IMG/VR virus record: IMGVR_UViG_3300030100_000603
Location: 1 to 64,000 of that record
Origin: a virus
Lineage: Duplodnaviria > Caudoviricetes
DNA length: 64,000 bases
Direction: 5' to 3' (one strand)
A program made the translations under genes and the position numbers. The notes beneath the pieces are model-generated. The model was not told the origin of the DNA. It did not search any database and saw nothing but the letters and a program-made list of their open reading frames with translations. Of this stretch, positions 16,650 to 26,332 are shown piece after piece; within the stretch, counting starts at the first letter, position 1, and every line of letters begins with the position of its first letter.

Positions 16650-18878
16650 ATGGAAAACGTTGGTGTTATTGGTAAAGAAATGATGTCCGAATCTAAGTTC
16701 TACACTGGTTATTCTCGCTGGATTGACGAGAAGAATCGTTATGAAACTTGGGATGAATCAGTTAAGCGTGTAATGGACATGCACCGTGAAATGTTCCAAG
16801 AGGTAATGACACCGGAGCTTGAGGAAATGATTTCCTTTGCTGAAAAACAATATAAAAAGAAAACGGTTCTTGGGGCACAGCGAGCATTGCAATTTGGTGG
16901 ACCTCAGATTTTCAAACATATGGCCCGAATGTTTAACTGTGTTTCTGGTCATGTGAGTCGTCCTGAGTTCTTTCAGGAATGCATGTATCTTCTTCTTTGT
17001 GGTTGTGGTGTAGGTTTTAGTGTTCAGAATCAGCATATTGACCAACTACCTAAACTGAAACAGCGTCACCCGAAACGTTCCAAAGTATTTGTTATTCCTG
17101 ATAGCATCGAGGGTTGGTCTGATGCTTACGGTGTGCTTATTTCAAGTTATCTTGAGGAAGATGCACCCTTCCCTGAATATCAAGGTTGCCATGTTGCATT
17201 TGATTTCAGTAAGATTCGACCCAAAGGTGCCTACATCAGTGGTGGGTTCAAGGCACCTGGTCCTGACGGCCTTCAGCAATCTCTGAACAAGTGTGAGAAA
17301 CTTCTTGAAAATGCTGTAAGTAAGAGCAAGCAACCTGTAAAATTCAAGTCAATTGATGCTTATGATTTTGTAATGTTTATGGCGGATGCTGTTCTGTCTG
17401 GTGGTGTACGTCGTAGTGCTACTATCTGCATGTTCAGCAAAGACGATGAAGAAATGCTTAATGCTAAGACTGGTAGCTGGTTCATTGATAACCCGCAACG
17501 TGGTCGTTCAAACAATTCAGTGATGCTCAAGCGAGATGAAGTTACTCGTGAAGAATGGGCTCACATTATGAAAAGTGTTAAGCAAGTTGGTGAACCGGGT
17601 TTCATCTTCACAAGTAATCTGGAACATACTTATAATCCTTGTGTAGAAATTGGTAAACTTCCAGTAACCATTGACGGTATTCCCGGTTTCCAAGGTTGTA
17701 ACCTTTGTGAAATTAATGGTTCAGCATGCAATACGAAAGAAGATTTCGAAGATGCTTGTAAGGCAGCAGCTATTATTGGTACACTACAGGCAGCATATAC
17801 TGATTTCCGTTATCTGTCGGATGCTACTAAGCGAATCTTTGAGCAGGAAGCGTTGATTGGTGTATCTATCACTGGTTGGATGAACAATCCTGAAGTGTTG
17901 TTTGACAAACAGAACATGATTGATGGGGCGCAACTTGTAAGGAAGATTAATCGTGAAGTAGCAGAAATGATCGGTATTAACCCTGCTGCCCGAACTACTT
18001 GTGTTAAGCCTTCAGGCAACGCATCTGTTCTTCTTGGTACTGCATCAGGGATTCATGGTGAACATGCTCCGATGTATTTCCGTAACGTTCAAATGAATGA
18101 GCAGGATGAAGTTCTGGAATTGATTCAACGTGAGAATCCGTCCATGGTTGAAACTTCTGTCTGGTCTAATACGGGTACTGACAAGGTTGTTAGTTTCCCG
18201 GTTGTTAGCCCAGAAGGTTCAATCTATAAGGACGATCTGCTTGGTGTAAAACAACTTGAATATGTGAAATTGGCACAACAATATTGGGTTGAATACGGTA
18301 CTGATGTTGATCTTTGTGTTGATCCAGCATTGCGCCATAACGTATCCAATACCATCACTGTTGATGATTGGGATGAGGTTGAGGAATATATCTATGAGAA
18401 CCGTGAATGGTTCGCCGGTATTTCCCTTCTGAGTGCATTTGGTGATAAGGGATACCCCCAAGCACCTTTCACACAGGTATTCACCGCAGAAGATAATTTG
18501 AAGCGGTATGGTGATGCTTCCATGTTTGCTTCTGGATTGATTGTGGATGGTCTTCATGCCTTCAATCAGAACCTTTGGACAGCATGTGACACTGTGAACG
18601 GATGGGGTGAAAAACTTGACCCTGAGAAGTCTTCTGACCTTCTTAAGCGTGATTGGGTACGTCGTGCCAAGAAGTTTGCTGACAACTATTTTGATGGGGA
18701 TATTATTGAGATGACTAATTGCTTGAAGGATTGCTTCAACTTCCATAAATGGAAGACAATTGAACGTCAAATTAAGCCAATCAATTTTGCGAAGCAAATG
18801 GAGGAACGTTCGTATACTGAAATTGATACTATGGGTGCAATGGCATGTTCTGGTGGGGCATGTGAGATCAACTTTTAA
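16650..18878 (+). CDS. Ribonucleotide reductase catalytic subunit (class I alpha vs class II unresolved)
   Basis: FNC, GGVRRSA, NPCVEI, GCNLCEI, TTCVKPSGN, YPQAP, C-terminal CSGGAC. Confidence 0.9.
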   Translation: MENVGVIGKEMMSESKFYTGYSRWIDEKNRYETWDESVKRVMDMHREMFQEVMTPELEEMISFAEKQYKKKTVLGAQRALQFGGPQIFKHMARMFNCVSGHVSRPEFFQECMYLLLCGCGVGFSVQNQHIDQLPKLKQRHPKRSKVFVIPDSIEGWSDAYGVLISSYLEEDAPFPEYQGCHVAFDFSKIRPKGAYISGGFKAPGPDGLQQSLNKCEKLLENAVSKSKQPVKFKSIDAYDFVMFMADAVLSGGVRRSATICMFSKDDEEMLNAKTGSWFIDNPQRGRSNNSVMLKRDEVTREEWAHIMKSVKQVGEPGFIFTSNLEHTYNPCVEIGKLPVTIDGIPGFQGCNLCEINGSACNTKEDFEDACKAAAIIGTLQAAYTDFRYLSDATKRIFEQEALIGVSITGWMNNPEVLFDKQNMIDGAQLVRKINREVAEMIGINPAARTTCVKPSGNASVLLGTASGIHGEHAPMYFRNVQMNEQDEVLELIQRENPSMVETSVWSNTGTDKVVSFPVVSPEGSIYKDDLLGVKQLEYVKLAQQYWVEYGTDVDLCVDPALRHNVSNTITVDDWDEVEEYIYENREWFAGISLLSAFGDKGYPQAPFTQVFTAEDNLKRYGDASMFASGLIVDGLHAFNQNLWTACDTVNGWGEKLDPEKSSDLLKRDWVRRAKKFADNYFDGDIIEMTNCLKDCFNFHKWKTIERQIKPINFAKQMEERSYTEIDTMGAMACSGGACEINF

Positions 18879-19184
18879 ATGACACCATGCGTTAAACTCT
18901 GCAACCTTCGCAAAGGGATTTGTGAGGGTTGTTATAGAACAGTCGATGAAATAATCAAGTGGAAGGATACGGGTATGGAAGATCGAATGAGGATCATGAA
19001 ACAACTACAGCGTCAGTGGTCAACACATGATTGTCCTAGTTGTAACCGACCAACTTACTGTGCGATGAATGATGGTAAATCTTCAAACACTTGCTGGTGT
19101 ATGACGTTAGAGAAAACGTACAATCCAGATATTGATGTTGATAATTGTCTTTGTAGAGAGTGTCTGACTAAGGAGGTCAAATGA
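18879..19184 (+). CDS. Cys-rich protein: DUF1289-like N-terminus plus CWC-type Cys-rich C-terminus
   Basis: TPCVKLC...ICEGCYRTVDEIIKW; CPSC...C...CWC...CLCRECL (13 Cys). Confidence 0.6.
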   Translation: MTPCVKLCNLRKGICEGCYRTVDEIIKWKDTGMEDRMRIMKQLQRQWSTHDCPSCNRPTYCAMNDGKSSNTCWCMTLEKTYNPDIDVDNCLCRECLTKEVK

Positions 19185-19513
19185 GCAAACCAACATTTAA
19201 TCCGTTTGCGGATAAGAGAGATAATGGTGTTTGGTTAACGATTACAGATGATGACGATGATCAAGAAGACGTAGTAAAGAAGCCAAACCACTACCAACTT
19301 CTACCCGACTATGAAGTAAAGGATGTGAATAAGGCTCTGCTAGATAAGATTCAAGAGAGTGGTTACGATATTACTCTTTATGAGGCAGGTTGGTTCCAGC
19401 AATCAATGCAATACTTTCTAAGATTCTACGCCAAAAATGGCCTAGAGGACTTGGAAAAAGGAATTGAGACAATGCAGTTTGTTGTTGATTCAATGAAAGA
19501 ACGTAAACTCTAG
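19181..19513 (+). CDS. DUF3310-like protein
   Basis: DVVKKPNHYQ ... KY-like YFLRF..KNGLEDLEK. Confidence 0.6.
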   Translation: MSKPTFNPFADKRDNGVWLTITDDDDDQEDVVKKPNHYQLLPDYEVKDVNKALLDKIQESGYDITLYEAGWFQQSMQYFLRFYAKNGLEDLEKGIETMQFVVDSMKERKL

Positions 19514-19517
19514 ACAT

Positions 19518-19558
19518 AAAAATACCCCGTCCAGTTAATTCTGGCGGGGTTTTATTTT
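19518..19558. terminator. Bidirectional intrinsic terminator between convergent modules
   Basis: AAAAATACCCCGTCCAG-TTAATT-CTGGCGGGGTTTTATTTT. Confidence 0.85.
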
Positions 19559-19565
19559 GCCTATA

Positions 19566-19847
19566 TTATTCTTGTGTTTCTTCTTCTTTGTTATTGCTTT
19601 CTTCTTGTTTCCAGAAGCGTAATGCACTCAGTTGATTGTTGCATTGATCCAACGCGGCAGATTGTATTTGTATTACTTCACCGATGGTCGCTTCTGCTGG
19701 TTTGTCAGGGTAGCATTCCTCAGTCAAATAATCAGGCGGATACTGATAAGAATACACGGTTTCTGTGACTGTTTTCGTGAATGGACACCCGACCAGTAGG
19801 GTATATAGGGGTAGGACGAGTAACCACTTTTTATTGGAAAATTTCAT
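19566..19847 (-). CDS. Outer-membrane spanin (Rz1-like lipoprotein)
   Basis: Lipobox LLVGC, Pro-rich segment, LDQCNNQLSALR; overlaps i-spanin end. Confidence 0.8.
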   Translation of the reverse strand: MKFSNKKWLLVLPLYTLLVGCPFTKTVTETVYSYQYPPDYLTEECYPDKPAEATIGEVIQIQSAALDQCNNQLSALRFWKQEESNNKEEETQE

Positions 19848-20178
19848 TGAGAACGTCCTCCGGTAGCTTCCGGTCCAGACATTGTTGTAGGTCTTCTTCC
19901 GTCTGGCTTAGCATCCTGACCAATCTTTGTTGTCTTTGTCTTGACTCTTCTTGACCACTCAGGTATTCTTCAATGGTGCGTTCCTGTATCTCAGCACGCT
20001 CTTTGAATTCTTCTACTGAGGATTCTAGCTGAATGATCTTTTCATCTTGACGAATGAGTGATTCTGTCAGGTTCTTATTCTCACTGTACAGGTTGAAGAC
20101 ATACCAACCAGCGCCAGCAATAATGGCGATAAGAATTACTCCAATAATCATCTTAGGTGTTTTTAGTAGTCCCCACAT
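19831..20178 (-). CDS. Inner-membrane spanin (Rz-like)
   Basis: N-terminal TM, coiled coil, C-terminal QCL..LP. Confidence 0.8.
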   Translation of the reverse strand: MWGLLKTPKMIIGVILIAIIAGAGWYVFNLYSENKNLTESLIRQDEKIIQLESSVEEFKERAEIQERTIEEYLSGQEESRQRQQRLVRMLSQTEEDLQQCLDRKLPEDVLNEIFQ

Positions 20179-20183
20179 TGTTG

Positions 20184-20447
20184 TTACCTCTCATCTGGGC
20201 GCTCTACACCCTTCACCTTGTCTAAGTAATCCTGCAAGGAGCTACCGGCGTAGTACGCACTAACAATCCCTGTAGAAATTGTATATGAAAAACTTACGAT
20301 TACACCCAAGGAAGGAAACACTGTGGGAAACATTATTGCAATTCCAATCCATAGAAACGTTTGAACAATCACCCAAATGAGGGCAATATAGGCATGTCTC
20401 CGACGATGTTTCCAATGGGTATACGGATCAGGATGGGTCATTGTCAT
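20184..20447 (-). CDS. Holin candidate (2 TM)
   Basis: Basic patch KHRRRH then two TM segments, adjacent to spanins. Confidence 0.5.
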   Translation of the reverse strand: MTMTHPDPYTHWKHRRRHAYIALIWVIVQTFLWIGIAIMFPTVFPSLGVIVSFSYTISTGIVSAYYAGSSLQDYLDKVKGVERPDER

Positions 20448-20661
20448 TTACATTCTCCCATTCGTCGTTCTTCAACCAGGGGAACTGGTCTGTGAACTTA
20501 TCTTCTCTTGTCAACGCAAACCAGAACAACCGAAGATGGTTTATCCTATTTGACTTATCTGCTGGTGGTTGCTTACCCCTGATGAAGATGTGATAGATTA
20601 CCAGAAAACCAATCAACGAAGGAAGGATCATTAGACCAAGTAGTGTGTACAGTAGGATCAT
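20428..20661 (-). CDS. Single-TM membrane protein
   Basis: N-terminal hydrophobic helix; lysis cluster. Confidence 0.6.
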   Translation of the reverse strand: MILLYTLLGLMILPSLIGFLVIYHIFIRGKQPPADKSNRINHLRLFWFALTREDKFTDQFPWLKNDEWENVNDNDPS

Positions 20662-20666
20662 CTCAT

Positions 20667-21158
20667 TCACCAAAATGGGTCAATTAAATAGTCAATCTTG
20701 ACGTAATCAACACCAGTGTTGGGGTCATGAATCCCTGCTGAACTGTGATGGACATATTCGATTCTCCATACATCATGGAAATCAAGACCAACACCTAACC
20801 GGAAATTAGTATCTCCAACAAGAGTATGCCCAGAGTTAGCTGACACACCAAGTTTAAAATAAGGATCAATCCCATAAATCCCCCACGATGGTTCTGTAAT
20901 ATAAGATACAGAGTACATCACTTCGTTATCTTGATATCCTCGTTTTGTATCACCAGCTTCCATTAAGGAAACTTCAAAGTCCCAATTGTTATGGATATAA
21001 CCAACTTCACCAACTTTTAGATGTGAATTGATTACTGTCTTACCCACACCAATATGGAACTGATTTTCGGTTGCATTGGCTTTCATGGAATACCCTGCCG
21101 CAATCAGCAGGGCAACGAATACTCCAACACCAATGGCTGTCTTGGATATTTTACGCAT
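20667..21158 (-). CDS. PagL-like lipid A deacylase / acyloxyacyl hydrolase beta-barrel
   Basis: Signal peptide from ATG 21158; NFRLGVGLDF...EYVHHSSAGIHDPNTGVD matches PagL HxSNAG...PNxGxE/D; aromatic C-terminus. Confidence 0.7.
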   Translation of the reverse strand: MRKISKTAIGVGVFVALLIAAGYSMKANATENQFHIGVGKTVINSHLKVGEVGYIHNNWDFEVSLMEAGDTKRGYQDNEVMYSVSYITEPSWGIYGIDPYFKLGVSANSGHTLVGDTNFRLGVGLDFHDVWRIEYVHHSSAGIHDPNTGVDYVKIDYLIDPFW

Positions 21159-21162
21159 GGTA

Positions 21163-21465
21163 TCATGCCTCGATATCTTTAGCCTGTGTGAACAGATCAT
21201 CAAGCTGTTCATCGGTGAGACCAAGATCATTAGCCAACGCAAGGACAGTAGGACTATTGCGCTTGAATGTAGTAGCATACTCCCATGCATCTTTAACAGT
21301 CTGGTCAGTGTTTGGATCATTCATCAGGGTTTCCACTTGGTCACGAAGGCCGGCAGAGTTGAGTGCAGCCCGTGCCTGGAAAGCAGATACCTGAGCGAAC
21401 TCCCTCCAATTAACAAGACGTTCTGCTTCAATTTCCTGTTTAGTTTTAAAATTTACATTTGCCAT
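21163..21465 (-). CDS. Tail-fibre-associated protein
   Basis: QARAAL...AWEYATTFKRNSP...LGLTDEQLDDLF; follows fibre genes. Confidence 0.6.
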   Translation of the reverse strand: MANVNFKTKQEIEAERLVNWREFAQVSAFQARAALNSAGLRDQVETLMNDPNTDQTVKDAWEYATTFKRNSPTVLALANDLGLTDEQLDDLFTQAKDIEA

Positions 21466-21827
21466 TATGCATACTCCTTGCCTTGACGGGTGAGAGCCCA
21501 TGCTTTACCGGCGAAGTTTTTAGTACGGTCCATCTTCACATGGATTTCATCAGGATCATATTCACTGGCATCAAATTCACCAGACTCTTCCCAATGACCG
21601 GGACCGACCTGTTGACAAAGCGTAAGTTTCAGTGTACCATCCACACGTTCAGCATTACGAATAGCAGGGACACCATTCACAGGATCAGCACCAGTGAACT
21701 TTGCACCATCGGGCATACCACTAAAGTCGTATTCTTCAGTGACACCATCTTTGTGTGCAGTAACGACTTCACCATTGAACTCATAGAAGTCAGGGGATTG
21801 ACCAGTTGCGAGAATGTTGATTTTCAT
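21465..21827 (-). CDS. Tail-fibre-associated protein
   Basis: 120 aa directly after fibre gene. Confidence 0.55.
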   Translation of the reverse strand: MKINILATGQSPDFYEFNGEVVTAHKDGVTEEYDFSGMPDGAKFTGADPVNGVPAIRNAERVDGTLKLTLCQQVGPGHWEESGEFDASEYDPDEIHVKMDRTKNFAGKAWALTRQGKEYA

Positions 21828-21845
21828 GTGTGATTACTCCTGAAT

Positions 21846-23576
21846 TTATTTCCACTTACCGAATACGAATACATCGGATTGAATGTTAACTGTAAGGCCC
21901 GAAATACCGCCTTCCTGAATCCAAATCCAATTTAGATTAACTGATGTTGTATTTTTTCCAGAAACTTTCATAACGATGGCTGAATCAGGATTCGCACTTT
22001 GAACACTACCCAAAACAGAATAACCCCCGGTAAAAGCGATTGGGAAGGTCCAATTTTGAGGTTGGGATGTGCCTGTACCCAAAGATGAATTATAACAAAC
22101 TTGGGAACCATCTGCGAGCCTTGTCCACCCACCATCACTATTACTGCCACTTTCAACAATAGGATCACCACCAACAGAAGGCATCCCGGCAAAGTCAGGC
22201 CCACCATTAGAATTAATTGGGTAGCTGTCAACCGCATTCCAAGAATCACCATCGTAAATTTTAAGTTTATTGTCAGCAGTTGACCAAAAGAGAGCGCCCA
22301 CCATAAGAGGGTTGCCGTCGTTATCTAAGCTGGGGTCAGAACTCTTGCTTCCGAGGTATCTATCATCAAATTGATCATACAGCGCAAATGTGTTACTTTC
22401 ACTTGTAGCGGCATCATTCGCGCTGTTCGCAGCATTAGTCTCACTTGTGGAGGCGTTTCCTGCTGAAATGGCGGACTGATTTGCATGGTACTTGGCTGAA
22501 TAACCAACACCATCCACTGTACTGCCAAGTTTAGTGGCCCAATCCTCAGAAAGATCAGCACTTGAAGAGGCATTATTTTCACTAGTGGCAGCATTGCTTG
22601 CGCTTGTAGCAGCCGCAGAAGCGGAGTTAGCTGCATTGGTTTCGGATGTAGAAGCAGCACTGGCACTGTTAGCGGCACTAGTTTCACTATCAGCAGCATT
22701 ACTAGCAGATGTTGCAGCAGCGTTTTCTGAACCAAGAGCATTATTAGCAGATGTTGCAGCATTCGCTTCACTGGTTGCAGCATTGTTCTCAGAAGTCTCA
22801 GCAGCACTCTCAGACAAGGCAGCAGCAGTAGCACTGGCATCAGCATTCTGTGCAAATGTATCTGCCTCAGAAGCTTTATTAGAGGCTACGTTGGCGTTGA
22901 AGGATGCAGTATCAGCGAAACCACTAGCAGTTTGAGAGTAGTATTTAGCGGAGTATTCACTACCATCAACCGTATCAGATGTTTTAATTGCCCAATCTTG
23001 AGATGTAGAAGCACTAGTTGCTGAACTGGAAGCAGAGGATGCCGCAGCTTGAGCATGGTACTTGGCAGAGTATTCACTACCATCAACGGTATCACCAAGC
23101 TTAATTGCCCAATCTTCTGCCAGTTGGGCATTTACCTGAGTCTGTTGAACGGCAGTACTGACCTCACCACCGATTTCCTGTGAAAGACCCCAGACGATAG
23201 TACCACTAGCAAAAGTGTCACCAAGAGTAATGGTATTTGTACCATCAACAGTGAAGTTGAAGTAACGATAAGCACCACTGCCCTCATCAATGTATACAGA
23301 AATACCAGAGGTCTGAACGCTGTTGAATGTTACATTTGTTTGATTTGAACCAAGTGTTACTGATTCACTGATTGGTGCCAATGTACCAGCAGTAATCTGA
23401 GACTGAAGGTTAGCAATAGCGGTCGCAGCAGTGGGTACAGGACCGTTATCCGTATTAACAAATGTTTCTTCAGGGCCATTTACAATATTAAACAGAAGAT
23501 CGGATGCACCCTCCGCTTTTGTTGACGCAGCATCGGCCCTGGACGCAGCATCATTCAATACATCAATATATGACAT
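21846..23576 (-). CDS. Long tail fibre
   Basis: Ala/Ser/Asn coiled-coil repeats, three WAxK..TVDG..YSAKY repeats, beta-rich C-terminal tip. Confidence 0.8.
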   Translation of the reverse strand: MSYIDVLNDAASRADAASTKAEGASDLLFNIVNGPEETFVNTDNGPVPTAATAIANLQSQITAGTLAPISESVTLGSNQTNVTFNSVQTSGISVYIDEGSGAYRYFNFTVDGTNTITLGDTFASGTIVWGLSQEIGGEVSTAVQQTQVNAQLAEDWAIKLGDTVDGSEYSAKYHAQAAASSASSSATSASTSQDWAIKTSDTVDGSEYSAKYYSQTASGFADTASFNANVASNKASEADTFAQNADASATAAALSESAAETSENNAATSEANAATSANNALGSENAAATSASNAADSETSAANSASAASTSETNAANSASAAATSASNAATSENNASSSADLSEDWATKLGSTVDGVGYSAKYHANQSAISAGNASTSETNAANSANDAATSESNTFALYDQFDDRYLGSKSSDPSLDNDGNPLMVGALFWSTADNKLKIYDGDSWNAVDSYPINSNGGPDFAGMPSVGGDPIVESGSNSDGGWTRLADGSQVCYNSSLGTGTSQPQNWTFPIAFTGGYSVLGSVQSANPDSAIVMKVSGKNTTSVNLNWIWIQEGGISGLTVNIQSDVFVFGKWK

Positions 23577-23580
23577 GGTT

Positions 23581-23901
23581 TCACCTTACTTTAAGTTGGT
23601 TTTCCAATTCACTCACACGATCCTCAAGACTTTCAACTCTTTCATCTTGACGCAACTGATAACGTGTCAAATCTTTTTGAATAACGGAGTATTTACTGTT
23701 TATCTGATACATCAAATCTTTTCGCTGGTCAGAAAGTTCTTGTTCTATATCTTCTTGCCACAACCTTCTTTCTTCTTGATATGTTACGGCGGTGTATGTC
23801 TTAGCGAATGAACTGATGAAATATACCCCAATCAGGAACAGAGTTAGGACAGCTAGTGCCCTCATTTTATCCCCATGCCTTCTAAATCTGTTCATATCCA
23901 C
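23581..23901 (-). CDS. TM + coiled-coil protein
   Basis: N-terminal TM, heptad-rich C-terminus. Confidence 0.6.
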   Translation of the reverse strand: MDMNRFRRHGDKMRALAVLTLFLIGVYFISSFAKTYTAVTYQEERRLWQEDIEQELSDQRKDLMYQINSKYSVIQKDLTRYQLRQDERVESLEDRVSELENQLKVR

Positions 23902-23908
23902 CCCTTCG

Positions 23909-24265
23909 TTAATCGTCGGGACTTGTGGGGTTCCTTCTTACAACGTTATCCCTTACGTATGACCTGAACTCCTTTGTATCTTCCACAAGAATAGTTAATT
24001 GTCTGCTGATTTCTCGCTGCTGTGATTCTAGAGATTGAATTCGTACATCAATGTAGTCCATGACATTTTGAATTTGAGCATCCAAACGTTCTTGTGAAAC
24101 TGATGTAGACTTCACCTCATAAATCTTATCCCTATTGTAATCAATCTGGGATTGAAGACCTTTCCCCACGAAGGCCCCAACCCCAAGGAAGATTGTCACA
24201 ATAATACCACCGACAGCAATTACCCATTGCCGATTGTGGTCAGCGAGTGCGCTGTTATGTGCCAT
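23909..24265 (-). CDS. TM + coiled-coil protein
   Basis: WVIAVGGIIVTIFLGVGAFVG helix then coiled coil. Confidence 0.6.
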   Translation of the reverse strand: MAHNSALADHNRQWVIAVGGIIVTIFLGVGAFVGKGLQSQIDYNRDKIYEVKSTSVSQERLDAQIQNVMDYIDVRIQSLESQQREISRQLTILVEDTKEFRSYVRDNVVRRNPTSPDD

Positions 24266-24280
24266 ATCATCCTCCAACTA

Positions 24281-25573
24281 TTACGAAGTCCTGTACCAAA
24301 TAGGTGCAACAAACACAGGATGAATGTTATTGTGATAACCATTGCCACCACGATTCTGAACATTTACACTGTGAGTATGGTTGTTCTCAAAATCAGTTTG
24401 GAAGTTGTGAGTGTGGTAACCTGCGTTATTGATATTAAGTCCGTGGCTATGGTTGCCCCTTTCTCGCATGGAGTTATCACCATCAACGTCACCAAAACCC
24501 TGATTTGCCCCACCAGCAGCAACACGTAGGGGACCGCCTTGAGTATCACTGTATACACGAACAGGGTGAGTGTGAGCGCCAGCAGTATTGGTATTACCAC
24601 TGTGACTGTGAGCACCGGCACCATAAGTAGTACCATTGTGTCTGTGTCCACCAGCACCACCAGTAGTAGCAGGGTGATCGTGTGCAGGCATTTCATTGAC
24701 TGTTAATTGATGGGTATATTCACCCTCAGAATTACCAGCAACAAAACTACGGTTAGTACCATTCGGGTCAGTGTAACTACCATCACCAATGATTGAACGA
24801 CCAGTAACCTTTGTCCAAGTACCGAAACCAAGACCACCACTACCGATAGAATTACCGGGGTTGGTCGGGCGCATGATGATACTGCCGACAGGGAACAGGA
24901 TTTGGAATACACCAGAAAGTGATTCGGGAGTCAACGCTCTATCATCACGAGTACCCTGTGCTGCCTCAGCCTGAGTAGCCAATTCCACAAGACCAGATTG
25001 GTCAGTAGTAGCAGTACGGAACTGAAGTGTAGCAGGAGAAATAGCAGTATTTGTAGATGTACCAGCCGATACCTCAGCCTGAGTAGCCATCTTAACAATA
25101 CCTTCAGCACTCTGAGTTGCCTTCTTATTATGTAGAGTAGAGGCAGTAATTGCTAGATCAGTACGAGTACCTTCGTTTGCTTCATTCTGAGTAGCAAGTT
25201 CAACAGTACCCCTCGCCTGAGTAGTAGCCTGACGATTACCCTCGTATACTTCCCAGAAGTTCACATTACCAGCAGAAGGGTCTTTGTTAGTATGTGTCTG
25301 AATACAACGATAGATTCGATTATCAGTCGCCTGTACATAAGACTTGAATGCCTGATATTCAGTCATCGCATCCCACTCAGGAATACCCAACTGGTTGTAG
25401 TAGGCAAGACCCTGGTGAAGTTTATTCATTGACCAGTTTTCATACTGGTAAGGAGGTTTTACCTGTGTCCACCCTGTTTGGATATAAGAGTCTAGGGGCT
25501 TCTCAATATCTGTCCCCAATGCAGATGTAGCCCAAATCGTATTTACCGAATTTGGTTTAGTATATTTTGCCAT
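24281..25573 (-). CDS. Tail fibre with ATQ repeats, collar and HxH needle
   Basis: GxVELATQxEA repeats, FPVGSI collar, HQLTVNEMPAHDH plus six further HxH motifs. Confidence 0.85.
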   Translation of the reverse strand: MAKYTKPNSVNTIWATSALGTDIEKPLDSYIQTGWTQVKPPYQYENWSMNKLHQGLAYYNQLGIPEWDAMTEYQAFKSYVQATDNRIYRCIQTHTNKDPSAGNVNFWEVYEGNRQATTQARGTVELATQNEANEGTRTDLAITASTLHNKKATQSAEGIVKMATQAEVSAGTSTNTAISPATLQFRTATTDQSGLVELATQAEAAQGTRDDRALTPESLSGVFQILFPVGSIIMRPTNPGNSIGSGGLGFGTWTKVTGRSIIGDGSYTDPNGTNRSFVAGNSEGEYTHQLTVNEMPAHDHPATTGGAGGHRHNGTTYGAGAHSHSGNTNTAGAHTHPVRVYSDTQGGPLRVAAGGANQGFGDVDGDNSMRERGNHSHGLNINNAGYHTHNFQTDFENNHTHSVNVQNRGGNGYHNNIHPVFVAPIWYRTS

Positions 25574-25589
25574 TTAAACACCCATTTGT

Positions 25590-26321
25590 TTAGAGATTCA
25601 GGAAGATGGTATTCGCTGTAGCGTACAGATTGTTGGATGCAACAACCCATGTCTCAACAGCTTCAAACGTCGGTGTCACCTGTTCATTGATATACTCAAT
25701 ACGAACACCAGCAGGTTTAGGCAGAAGACGGTCAGCAACCTGAGTTTCATCAAGACCGGGGAATACCGTTTGGTCAGGATCATTCCAATCACGACCAAGA
25801 CTCAGTGTGAATACAGCAGGTTCATTCTCATCCGTACCACCCTCGAAGAATTCCACTCGAACAGGTTCAAAGATGGACTGTACCGCACGAATGATTTCTT
25901 CAGGGTTTGTCCCTGCGTTATTCTGTACGATTTTGGCTTTAAGGAAGGTCTTGAACAGACCATCAGACAAACCAATTACGCCCGATTCAGGATCAAATAA
26001 GGAGTAATAAAGACCACCTTGACCGTTATCGACAGAACCAAACGGCTTAGCACCGGGATCATCAGAGAAACCAAAGAAACCAGTAGCAGCAATGTCCACA
26101 AGTTCCCTTGGTTGACCAATGATATTACCGATGTTATCAAGTTGAACACCAGATGATTCATCAATATCCTTGATTTTCTCAATGTTGATGAAGGTATCTT
26201 CTAGTTCTTGGTTACCCTCAAGCCATACAGTGAGAAGTTGTTCAATGTGTGGTTTGTCTTTAAACTGTTCAGTAACCCTTTCCTTCGCCTGTTCAACGTA
26301 ATTGATATTGTCAAGATTCAT
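25590..26321 (-). CDS. Baseplate wedge protein (gpI/DUF2612-like)
   Basis: GVQLDNIGNIIG, LKAKIVQN, LLPKPAGV; after J-like gene. Confidence 0.8.
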   Translation of the reverse strand: MNLDNINYVEQAKERVTEQFKDKPHIEQLLTVWLEGNQELEDTFINIEKIKDIDESSGVQLDNIGNIIGQPRELVDIAATGFFGFSDDPGAKPFGSVDNGQGGLYYSLFDPESGVIGLSDGLFKTFLKAKIVQNNAGTNPEEIIRAVQSIFEPVRVEFFEGGTDENEPAVFTLSLGRDWNDPDQTVFPGLDETQVADRLLPKPAGVRIEYINEQVTPTFEAVETWVVASNNLYATANTIFLNL

Positions 26322-26332
26322 TTCATCACCTA

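Noticed and set aside
21846-25573. Diversity-generating retroelement or invertible fibre cassette
   Set aside because: No reverse transcriptase, invertase, template/variable repeat pair or inverted crossover sites seen in the window.
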